From: a virus
Taxonomy: Duplodnaviria; Caudoviricetes
Length of the DNA stretch: 64,000 bases
IMG/VR virus record: IMGVR_UViG_3300037067_021792
Reading direction: 5' to 3' (one strand)
The notes beneath the pieces are model-generated. The model did not search any database. It saw only the letters and a program-made list of their open reading frames with translations, and was not told where the DNA came from. The position numbers and the translations under genes are program-made. This document shows positions 30,658-38,284 of this stretch, in pieces (the stretch's first letter is position 1; each line of letters starts with the position of its first letter).

Positions 30658-31198
30658 AGAAATCTGGCAACAACTTGCCAATTATTTTCGAAGTAAGCTC
30701 GTAGCAAAAATTGATGTTGGGCAACTATTTGTGCACAATTCTATGCTACAACAGTCTCTTGAAATTCCGCACAAAGGTTTTTATGTTGGCGTGATCGACA
30801 GCGTGGGTAATCAGATTATTCGGGAAGGATTCTTATCAGAAAATTTGACCAATGTGATGAATAGCGCTGACATTGTTTTGGAAAATATTTATGGAAATTT
30901 AATTAACAACGGAGTTACTGTTTCCAAGCTTCAAACAAGTACTTTTTATTTCTACATCATAAATGATGTAGTCTATTTGGCAAATCCTATGGCATGGGAT
31001 GATAAACAGGATGGGGTTTATTTTCAGTGGGGCCAGAATTACAAGTCAATGTTTTTGCCGTATCAAGTTAAATTGATGAATATGCCCAAAACGGATATTT
31101 TGGACAGATTATGTGCTTCGTCTGGCACGGTATCTAATCTTTGGAAATTACCGGAGGGGTTAATATTTGCACTTAAAAATGAATCTCACAGCACATAG
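30641..31198 (+). CDS. AMMECR1-like protein (divergent)
   Basis: GFYV.., DGVY...SMFLPYQV, LDRLC pattern; LRGCIG motif absent. Confidence 0.5.
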   Translation: MNMISKEIWQQLANYFRSKLVAKIDVGQLFVHNSMLQQSLEIPHKGFYVGVIDSVGNQIIREGFLSENLTNVMNSADIVLENIYGNLINNGVTVSKLQTSTFYFYIINDVVYLANPMAWDDKQDGVYFQWGQNYKSMFLPYQVKLMNMPKTDILDRLCASSGTVSNLWKLPEGLIFALKNESHST

Positions 31199-31314
31199 GA
31201 ATACGGCCAATTTCCAAAGCATGGGCAGGTGAATTTCTTGAAGGATACACAAAAGGCTGGTTTGAAGCCGATGATGAGATTGGTTGAAATTCATGATATC
31301 TGAGGAGAATATGA

Positions 31315-31704
31315 GTGATAACAGTGACGAATCGAGCTGCTGATCAAATTAAGAAGATTATCAAAGATTCAGGATCGCAATGTTCCGTAGACTCCACTGG
31401 CGCTCCAGGTTCGCGGTATTATCTGAGTGTTGGCGTTAAGGCAGGTGGATGCTCCGGGTTTGAATATACAATAGATGTACAAGAACAATGTCCTGTCGAT
31501 TATATTAAAAATAATAGCGAAGGCATAGACATAATCTGTGATCCCAAAAGCTTTATTTATCTAGATGGGTGCCAAATCGATTTTGTTGAGAGTATGATGA
31601 AATCCGGTTTTGTATTTCTAAACCCTAATGCACAATACAATTGTGGATGTGGCAAAAGTTTCAGTGCTGCTTCCAGCTGTGGTGGGTGCCCAGAAAATTC
31701 TTAA
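31315..31704 (+). CDS. iscA: A-type Fe-S carrier (IscA/HesB family)
   Basis: GGCSGFEY, DPKS, NPNA..CGCGKSF. Confidence 0.92.
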   Translation: MITVTNRAADQIKKIIKDSGSQCSVDSTGAPGSRYYLSVGVKAGGCSGFEYTIDVQEQCPVDYIKNNSEGIDIICDPKSFIYLDGCQIDFVESMMKSGFVFLNPNAQYNCGCGKSFSAASSCGGCPENS

Positions 31705-31721
31705 AAATTTAGAGGGTTTTC

Positions 31722-31749
31722 TTGAAATCTGTAGAATATAGAGTATAAT
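31722..31749 (+). promoter_or_regulatory. Sigma70-type promoter of the ncRNA cluster
   Basis: TTGAAA-16nt-TATAAT; predicted start coincides with the first RNA stem. Confidence 0.7.
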
Positions 31750-31752
31750 AGT

Positions 31753-31849
31753 ATGCTCACAACCTAAAAGGTTGGATTACAAACTTGCGGAAGAGTGAAT
31801 TGAGTCCCGAATGTGGGCTCAAAAAGTCCAGTCGAACTTTTGTGAGTGT
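31753..31849 (+). ncRNA. Structured RNA A (CCUAA/UACAAAC module; Y-RNA-like)
   Basis: 10-bp closing stem, CCTAAAA/GAACTT internal loop, 9-bp second helix, internal hairpin. Confidence 0.7.
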
Positions 31850-31865
31850 TCTTTTAAAATTGAAT

Positions 31866-32000
31866 AAAAGTTGCGCCCTAATGGCTTGGCTTACAAACAA
31901 TTAGCTCATTGGTAGAGCGACACTCCTAATAAAGTGATGGTAGCAGGTTCAAATCCTGTATTGTTAAACAAAAACGGCCTCGTAAACTTGCGCAACTTTT
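31866..32000 (+). ncRNA. Structured RNA B: same module carrying a tRNA-like cloverleaf (31895-31966)
   Basis: Perfect 11-bp stem AAAAGTTGCGC/GCGCAACTTTT; D arm GCTC-ATTGGTA-GAGC; T arm GCAGG-TTCAAAT-CCTGT; no CCA. Confidence 0.8.
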
Positions 32001-32007
32001 TGTATTT

Positions 32008-32059
32008 GTTCGGGATCCGAAAGGATTTAATTTTGGGAGTCATCCCTTCCCGAGCACCA
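32008..32059 (+). ncRNA. Mini tRNA-like element ending in ACCA
   Basis: 7-bp stem GTTCGGG/CCCGAGC plus A-CCA; two small internal hairpins. Confidence 0.45.
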
Positions 32060-32060
32060 T

Positions 32061-32144
32061 GCGAGGGACGGTGAGATCTCGTCGGACGATGATGTCAAAG
32101 TTGTCTCTGTCGATGACACAAAGGTTCAACTCCTTTGCTTCGCG
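32061..32144 (+). ncRNA. Degenerate class II tRNA-like element
   Basis: Acceptor GCGAGG/CTTCGC, T arm AAAGG-TTCAACT-CCTTT, variable arm TGTC-GAT-GACA; 9-nt anticodon loop; no CCA. Confidence 0.55.
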
Positions 32145-32196
32145 TTAGTACTCGATGTGAGTACGGTTTTGAGTAGTAAGTAAAAGGGGAACAGTT

Positions 32197-32268
32197 ATGT
32201 TTTTTACATGGTTTTTTGAATTTATTTCGCTTGTTTCTCGGCTAGTTACCATCGGAGTCGAAGGGTAA
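32197..32268 (+). CDS. 23-aa Phe-rich peptide MFFTWFFEFISLVSRLVTIGVEG
   Basis: AAGGGGA SD 6 nt before ATG; stop lies inside hairpin 32230-32281. Confidence 0.35.
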   Translation: MFFTWFFEFISLVSRLVTIGVEG

Positions 32269-32291
32269 TTCCGAGAACAAGAATCTAGTAT

Positions 32292-32371
32292 AAAGCCGCA
32301 ACCTAAAGGGACGGACCTACAAACATTTTTCTTGACCAATGTTGAACTGTCCTCCGGACTATTGCGGCTTT
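32292..32371 (+). ncRNA. Structured RNA C (same module), followed by a U-run
   Basis: Perfect 10-bp stem AAAGCCGCAA/TTGCGGCTTT, CCTAAAG/GGACTA loop, TACAAAC. Confidence 0.7.
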
Positions 32372-32395
32372 TTTGTTTGAATCTGAAAGGAAATT

Positions 32396-32980
32396 GTGAT
32401 GGGGTCAATCAAGAAAAATCATATCATCGATCCAAATCAATCGGATAACACTCACGAAAAGCTACTTTCCAATTTTAAGTGGGATGAAATTGGGGAAGGC
32501 TCTGGCACAGAAATGGCAGAAAGTGGCGTAGCGAGATCTATTTCTGAGTGCGCTCAAAATCTATTCTCATCCTTATTGAGGGATATTAATATTTCGAATT
32601 ATGAGGGAGCAATGTTTGTGGTTCCTGTGAATGTTGATTCATCTGCGATACTGGCATCGTGTTTTAATGACGATTATAGTATTGAATCTCGGCTCGATGT
32701 TTTAAGTCTGATCTACGCCGCATTCCGCGGTATCGCCAACACGCCCGACACTTGCGCTGACATAAATCGCAAAATCGAGGAGATATTGCCAACCGAAGAT
32801 TCTAGATTTTATCGCGTGGCAGATTTTATCGATATTGCCGATAACCCAGAATGTCCTGTTGGGGTTAGCCTTGATTCTGGCGAGACATTCTCGACAGAAG
32901 ACAACTCGAAATCCGTTATAATCGAAGTTCATATCATTGAATGCTCGAAAGAGAATAATTCGCCAAATAGTGGTGATTGA
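32396..32980 (+). CDS. Hypothetical protein
   Basis: Intact 194-aa ORF with AAGGA SD. Confidence 0.6.
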   Translation: MMGSIKKNHIIDPNQSDNTHEKLLSNFKWDEIGEGSGTEMAESGVARSISECAQNLFSSLLRDINISNYEGAMFVVPVNVDSSAILASCFNDDYSIESRLDVLSLIYAAFRGIANTPDTCADINRKIEEILPTEDSRFYRVADFIDIADNPECPVGVSLDSGETFSTEDNSKSVIIEVHIIECSKENNSPNSGD

Positions 32981-33003
32981 TGATAATAGTGGTGATTGAT
33001 GAT
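32966..33003 (+). repeat. 19-bp perfect tandem duplication AATAGTGGTGATTGATGAT
   Basis: Copies at 32966-32984 and 32985-33003. Confidence 0.95.
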
Positions 33004-33895
33004 AAGGGCGCTTGAGGGCGAGTGGTCAGATGAGCACTATCATACTATCATTCATCCTATATTATCTGCTCATTTAAAGCCTGCGCGTCAACAGGCGCTC
33101 CCAATCACCAGGCTACATGATGATCAGTTTTGGGAAAGCTGTCGCAATTCTGATATTTATGTTCTTGATTATAGGTCATGGTATTTAGACCAGTCAGAAT
33201 TTTACAAATATGCTTTGCAAATTTCAAATATACAGAATAGCGCCATTGTGCTGTTTGAAAATCCATTTGGGGTTGAAAGACCGAATATCGACGATTCATC
33301 TTTCAGGGGGTTATTAAATTCCAGAACTAATCTGCTAGCAAATTTGATTAGATCACATTCCAATTCTAAAATTATCTCCCCTGCCATTAGAATATTTGAT
33401 TATCAAACCGAAAGAAAATGTTTAGATTATTTTATAAACAACAGAAAATTATTTGATATTTATGCAGTGCATTGTTGCGACGAGATGGATGATAGAAATA
33501 TCGGGTCATTGTGCAGTTTATTAAATCAAGCAATGAAACTTTATCCAAAACCAGTATGGGTGACTAAATGGGCGATTCCGTGCTTCGACACTCCCGTTGA
33601 AAATTCTATGTGGATTCCAACTAGCACCGAAGTATCTGCGCGACAAATGAAAAACATTCATAGAGATATATGCAATATATCAATAACAGGTTTAGAATGG
33701 TTTTTTGTTGGCACTGGAACTGATAAATATTCTCCAACTGAAAATGTGCCGCTGAATATGCATTCGAATTTGCCATACATTCCAGACAAGCAGTCTTTGC
33801 AGTGGAACAAAGAACACTTTTTGGGATCAGCGGACTACTTGGGGAATGTAAAACAGAACATATTAAATCAAATCATTGAGTTGAATAGTGTTTGA
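32996..33895 (+). CDS. Glycoside-hydrolase-like TIM barrel, catalytic residues altered
   Basis: KIISPA, FDIYAVH, KPVWVTKWA. Confidence 0.5.
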   Translation: MMIRALEGEWSDEHYHTIIHPILSAHLKPARQQALPITRLHDDQFWESCRNSDIYVLDYRSWYLDQSEFYKYALQISNIQNSAIVLFENPFGVERPNIDDSSFRGLLNSRTNLLANLIRSHSNSKIISPAIRIFDYQTERKCLDYFINNRKLFDIYAVHCCDEMDDRNIGSLCSLLNQAMKLYPKPVWVTKWAIPCFDTPVENSMWIPTSTEVSARQMKNIHRDICNISITGLEWFFVGTGTDKYSPTENVPLNMHSNLPYIPDKQSLQWNKEHFLGSADYLGNVKQNILNQIIELNSV

Positions 33896-34862
33896 TAATT
33901 CAGATATACTTTTGAGATGGTCAGTGGGGTCCCAAGACACCACTAAGCTGTCTGAGTATGAACATAATAAATTTATAGATTTTATCTGGCTTACTAAATT
34001 ATCGATTATATCTTTTCAAAAATGGTTTCCAAAAGCCCAATGTGTTCTACTATATAACGGGAATGAATTTAAAAAATTTTGCGACATGTTCTACCAGTCC
34101 GATCCTAAAATGCAGGTTAATATAGAAATTATAAATCAATATCAAAAGGTTATATCTGGTGAATGGAAAAATCCGTATCATTTCTATCCAAAAGGTGTTT
34201 GGTGGAAATGGATCCCCTTTAGGATTGATATTAACAAACATGAAATTGCAATAGATACTGATATTATCTGTATATCAAAACCTATAACGTGGTATGACTG
34301 GGTGACGGGTGACTCGAATATACTTGTTGCTCCCGAGCGGTATGAAACTGTATCAATCTCTACGACAGGAGATTATTGTAACCATCCTTTATTAAAAGGG
34401 AAGACGCCATATAATTGTGGCGTTGTTGGGCAGCGCAAGGGACAAGATTATACGGATAGATTTTTTGAAATAACCCAAGATGTCAAGTTCGGGCATAGCC
34501 ACAATAGCCTGTTTATAACTGAACAAGGTGCAATAAATTTGTGGGTAAGATCTCTGGAATCTGAAGGTGTTACGCATTGTTGTCTTGATTTTACCAAGAA
34601 TGCGTGGATGCGTGATTTTGTATACTTTTTGAGTAAGGGCATTTCAGTCGAGACAATACATGCTGTAGCGTGGCATAAGCAGATAGCAAAAGCACTCAGG
34701 GAAGAGATCGAGAAAAAAGTAATAGACGATACCTATACTAATGAACAGTTTCTAGCAGATGTTGTCAAAAGATCATCAAATTTAGATCAATTATCTAAGG
34801 CATTGATTCTTAAGCAGGTCGAAGGATTATTAAACTCGGAAACTTTGGTCCAATATTCGTAG
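33888..34862 (+). CDS. GT-A fold glycosyltransferase-like
   Basis: IDTDII DxD, YNCGVV, EQGAIN. Confidence 0.6.
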   Translation: MFDNSDILLRWSVGSQDTTKLSEYEHNKFIDFIWLTKLSIISFQKWFPKAQCVLLYNGNEFKKFCDMFYQSDPKMQVNIEIINQYQKVISGEWKNPYHFYPKGVWWKWIPFRIDINKHEIAIDTDIICISKPITWYDWVTGDSNILVAPERYETVSISTTGDYCNHPLLKGKTPYNCGVVGQRKGQDYTDRFFEITQDVKFGHSHNSLFITEQGAINLWVRSLESEGVTHCCLDFTKNAWMRDFVYFLSKGISVETIHAVAWHKQIAKALREEIEKKVIDDTYTNEQFLADVVKRSSNLDQLSKALILKQVEGLLNSETLVQYS

Positions 34863-34904
34863 GTTGTGCGGACATCTGGAATAACGGTTTTTGAAGAAAC
34901 GCTC

Positions 34905-34933
34905 TTGTTTTATTGCTGGGTATACCGTATAAT
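34905..34933 (+). promoter_or_regulatory. Sigma70-type promoter of the VWA gene
   Basis: TTGTTT-17nt-TATAAT, GAGG SD. Confidence 0.55.
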
Positions 34934-34956
34934 GTCAGAGTCAATTGAGGTAAAAC

Positions 34957-36750
34957 ATGGAATCACAATTTTCTGTTCAAGAAGAAATGTTCAAAGCTCT
35001 ACTTCGCACTCCGCATAGGCAGGTAGACGAAACCCTGCATTTGCACAAGTCTCAATTTGAGCGAGATCCAAACTTTTATGGTAAACTAGCCGCCTATTGT
35101 GTCATTGGTGAAAATTGTGCGGTTCGAGATATTAATGAGGTGTTCATTGCTACTTTATTGGTGTCTTCATATGAACAGCATCAAGAAGCCGGATATGTTA
35201 TGTTTCAGTCTCTTCCACCATATGAGGCGGACCGGGTGGCCAATTACGTCACTGGTTATGACGAGACCATAGTGCGGCATTCGTATGAGTCTGATATGCC
35301 CAAGCAGAACTCATTCGGCGTGACTTATGAAATTGCCAAATACGGAAGCAATCATCCCGATCCAGAGAAGAGAGGGAAGGATATGCCAGTTCGTGTTATA
35401 AAGCTTGGTAATAAAAGTAAATTGCGAGCTTTGCTTATAAAACAAAATAAAATCGACTACAATACTAAGGAAATCACCGCGACCACATATTTGGTTCACC
35501 ACAAGTGTTATAACCAGCGCAATTTTAAGGGCATATTGAAAAGAGCTGTTAAATCATATCTGAAATATCGAGAAAACAATCCAGCTATGATGGAAGGGGC
35601 TTTGATCCGTTCGGCACAGTCAATTAAGAAGTTTTATGTTCGCACCCATGCTTTACCTCTTGGTAATGCAAATAGTTGGATTAATCGATATTTGTTTGCC
35701 GATGAAACAATTCCTGGCACCAGATTACATGCTCTAAAAACGTTACAAAACGAGAAAGATCCAATTAGGCAGGCAGAAATTGTTACAGAAAATAATCTGC
35801 CGTTTACGGTTGTATCGTCTCTTATGTCTGATATTACTCCATCCGTTACGGCTGCATCGATTATGGTGATGTCTTATCAAGAGATTATGCAATCTATGGA
35901 CCTGTTAAAACGCCGAGGGGCTTTTGACAATCCAGATTTGAAGAAATTAATACATGACAAATTAGAAAAAGCCAAAAAAGCCAAAAAGGGCCGGATGGAT
36001 GCAATGAAGGGCAAAAAAGCCGCTAGCACTAAAGGTCTAGACAAAGACACTCAGTCTTTGTTGAAAGATATAACCGATCAGCAGCTAAAGCATCATAGCA
36101 ATATATCTGTTCCAACTGCTTTATTAATAGATAAATCAGGATCGATGACCGAGTCTATTAATCTGGGGAAGCAACTAAGTGCGGCTATAGCACAGGCATG
36201 TGCTCCTGGCAATGAACCTATCGTTTACCTATTCGATGCAACTCCAGTAGAAATTGAATGGAACAAGAAAGATGGAGATATAACATTACTCTCTAGTTGG
36301 GAGAAAAAGCTGGCAATGTTCCGGGCTAATGGCGGAACTGATCCTGCTGCGGTTCTAATGGCAATGGAACTTAAGAACCAGGTTGCAGACCAAATATTAT
36401 TAGTTACCGATGAGGGAGAAAATAATGAAGGGAAATTTGCCAAACAGCTTAAATCTTATTCAAAGAAAATGGGTGTAACACCTAATATCGTTATAGTACG
36501 AATTGGTAGTTCTGGATATGGAATACACGATATTATAGAAAAATCTCTCAAGAAAGCCGGATTTAATGTTACGGTTTTAGTTGCAACTGGAATTGACAGC
36601 GTTTCTTTACCTAACGTTATTCAGTTGCTTTCTTGTAAAAGTACATTTGAGTTAGTCCAGGAGATTTTGTCGTTGACTTTACCCACTCGCAGTGAGTGGG
36701 ACGCCAATAATCTTCTAAACGTTGTTAGTGAAGGAGTTCAAAGTGTCTAG
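34957..36750 (+). CDS. TROVE/Ro60-like helical domain plus VWA domain protein
   Basis: C-terminal MIDAS: LIDKSGSM, GGTD, VTDEGEN; long helical N-terminus with LLRTPHR / DPNFY / VRD motifs. VWA call is secure, TROVE call is by resemblance. Confidence 0.7.
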   Translation: MESQFSVQEEMFKALLRTPHRQVDETLHLHKSQFERDPNFYGKLAAYCVIGENCAVRDINEVFIATLLVSSYEQHQEAGYVMFQSLPPYEADRVANYVTGYDETIVRHSYESDMPKQNSFGVTYEIAKYGSNHPDPEKRGKDMPVRVIKLGNKSKLRALLIKQNKIDYNTKEITATTYLVHHKCYNQRNFKGILKRAVKSYLKYRENNPAMMEGALIRSAQSIKKFYVRTHALPLGNANSWINRYLFADETIPGTRLHALKTLQNEKDPIRQAEIVTENNLPFTVVSSLMSDITPSVTAASIMVMSYQEIMQSMDLLKRRGAFDNPDLKKLIHDKLEKAKKAKKGRMDAMKGKKAASTKGLDKDTQSLLKDITDQQLKHHSNISVPTALLIDKSGSMTESINLGKQLSAAIAQACAPGNEPIVYLFDATPVEIEWNKKDGDITLLSSWEKKLAMFRANGGTDPAAVLMAMELKNQVADQILLVTDEGENNEGKFAKQLKSYSKKMGVTPNIVIVRIGSSGYGIHDIIEKSLKKAGFNVTVLVATGIDSVSLPNVIQLLSCKSTFELVQEILSLTLPTRSEWDANNLLNVVSEGVQSV

Positions 36751-37099
36751 AAACATTATTCCTGAAATCCCTTACGAGAAGGCTATTCGTAATTTGATGG
36801 GGAATCAATGGAGATCATTACCCGACAGGGACAGGGATGGAGCATGGGGTATTGCTATCGCAAAATCAATATCGAATGGTGTAAAGCCGGATCTATACGA
36901 AATTGCGTTACATTTGGGGGTTGATGTGGATATGATACGCACTGCGTTCGGCCGAATGTCCATGAACGGGGCACTACTGAGAGACCGAATACACAAAGAT
37001 CATGATCTCGCAAATGACGATTCGTTGGCATTGGGTTATTATGCTGGGTATGCATCGGGCTATTGTGGACCGTTGAGAGATGCCAAATCAACCACCTAA
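36722..37099 (+). CDS. Hypothetical protein (possible HTH); stop codon falls in the IS remnant end
   Basis: LYEIALHLGVDVDMIRTAF. Confidence 0.6.
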   Translation: MLVKEFKVSRNIIPEIPYEKAIRNLMGNQWRSLPDRDRDGAWGIAIAKSISNGVKPDLYEIALHLGVDVDMIRTAFGRMSMNGALLRDRIHKDHDLANDDSLALGYYAGYASGYCGPLRDAKSTT

Positions 37100-37340
37100 C
37101 CGCTAAAGTTAGGTTTGCTCCTCAATAGGAACGATTGGCTAGTTGATAGTAGCCTGCCTATTAAGTTCAGTCCTCCATCGAGTGGAGAAGAAAACGAAAT
37201 AGGGTGTTTAGAACCATGAGCTTCTTGAGTTTGAACGTATTTTCTAGCTATGTTAATCGCGGCATTCCAGTCCGCGTCAAACACAGCACCATCAGAAGCA
37301 TAAAACCTACATCCCTTGCGCTCTCCTCCACTAAGACCGG
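37088..37340 (-). mobile_element. Truncated tnpB 3' end with IS605-type right end
   Basis: RKGCRFYASDGAVFDADWNAAINIA RuvC-III; hairpin CCTAAC-TTTAGCG-GTTAGG then TGGTTGA. Confidence 0.75.
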
Positions 37341-37440
37341 AGCTGATATACATGCTGATGCTGATTATGCTTTGAGACACGCTGCTGCTAATGGCCATCT
37401 AGATGTGGTTGAATACTTAAATACCTGCAATGCAAAATGA
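37334..37440 (+). pseudogene. Ankyrin-repeat gene remnant
   Basis: GADIHADADYALRHAAANGHLDVVEYL with no plausible start. Confidence 0.75.
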
Positions 37441-38281
37441 TTTATTTAAAAACATTGTTAAAATGGAGCGGGAATTTCGCACAAAAGAATTTCTCGCTCC
37501 TTATACCGAGGAATCTAAGATCGCCATTATTAAAATGGATGGTCTTAATTATAGATTTCACATCGGCGGGTTTTCTGGCTCGGGTATTGGAAAATTCATT
37601 CCGATATCTCCTACTTATGCTGAATATACAGGCGAAGCCGATCAATCTTTAGTTAGATCGTATTTTAACAGTCTTCTATCTCTTAGAGTTATTTTGTGCT
37701 ATGAAACGAATTTCGGGTGGGTTGCTTATCCCGCCAGCATTAATGTGGCACGAAATAAGTTTTCTCTAGATGGGGAACTTGTTGTTAAAAATGCTTTTGA
37801 CAATCGCTTTGACGTAGTATTGGCCAGATTCGACGGTTTGCATTTTTGGTCCGATGGCATCTGCCCAACAAATTCATTTAAATCTAAGTGTATGCGAGAT
37901 TGTTTTGTGCCCAAATACACTCCAGACCAAATGAGAGAAGCACTGAAGAAAATACCAAATATAACTCCGGAAGATAATTGTGCTTTTGAGTTGGCAATAT
38001 CATCAGCCGAAAATATTCTTAATGAATATCTTACTACAGGTGGTGGTTCGTTGACCTCGTATATAGTGCAAGGTCCTAATATAGAAATTAAGTGGAAATC
38101 GGCTGCTGGTAATAGCTATACTTCATTGGTGGATAAAGAATCGCTAGATGTTATTTCTACTGGTGTGTGTTTGACAAATGATACATTACATCTAAAAGAC
38201 CTACCATTTTTGGCTGAGTCTATCGAGAATTATCGAGTGCCAATACGTAATATAGATTTTAATGGTATTGAGGATTTTTGA
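37430..38281 (+). CDS. Conserved hypothetical protein, likely partner of the VWA gene
   Basis: EFLAPY, WVAYP, ARFDG..W, LDVISTGVCL motifs. Confidence 0.65.
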   Translation: MQNDLFKNIVKMEREFRTKEFLAPYTEESKIAIIKMDGLNYRFHIGGFSGSGIGKFIPISPTYAEYTGEADQSLVRSYFNSLLSLRVILCYETNFGWVAYPASINVARNKFSLDGELVVKNAFDNRFDVVLARFDGLHFWSDGICPTNSFKSKCMRDCFVPKYTPDQMREALKKIPNITPEDNCAFELAISSAENILNEYLTTGGGSLTSYIVQGPNIEIKWKSAAGNSYTSLVDKESLDVISTGVCLTNDTLHLKDLPFLAESIENYRVPIRNIDFNGIEDF

Positions 38282-38284
38282 ATA

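Noticed and set aside
31895-31966. Functional tRNA-Ile or tRNA-Leu gene
   Set aside because: 1:72 mismatch, malformed anticodon arm, no CCA, embedded in a larger stem
32061-32144. tRNA-Sec or opal suppressor (TCA in the loop)
   Set aside because: 9-nt loop without U33 geometry, short variable arm, and TGA behaves as an ordinary stop in this window
32008-32281. tmRNA (tRNA-like part plus short ORF)
   Set aside because: No G3:U70 alanine acceptor, no recognisable tag peptide or pseudoknots; the ORF has its own SD and ATG
31753-32371. CRISPR array explanation for the repeated CCTAA...TACAAAC motif
   Set aside because: Only three degenerate copies at irregular spacing, each inside its own closing stem; no cas genes
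32145-32408. Minus-strand 87-aa ORF
   Set aside because: Antisense to structured + strand RNAs; no motif or SD
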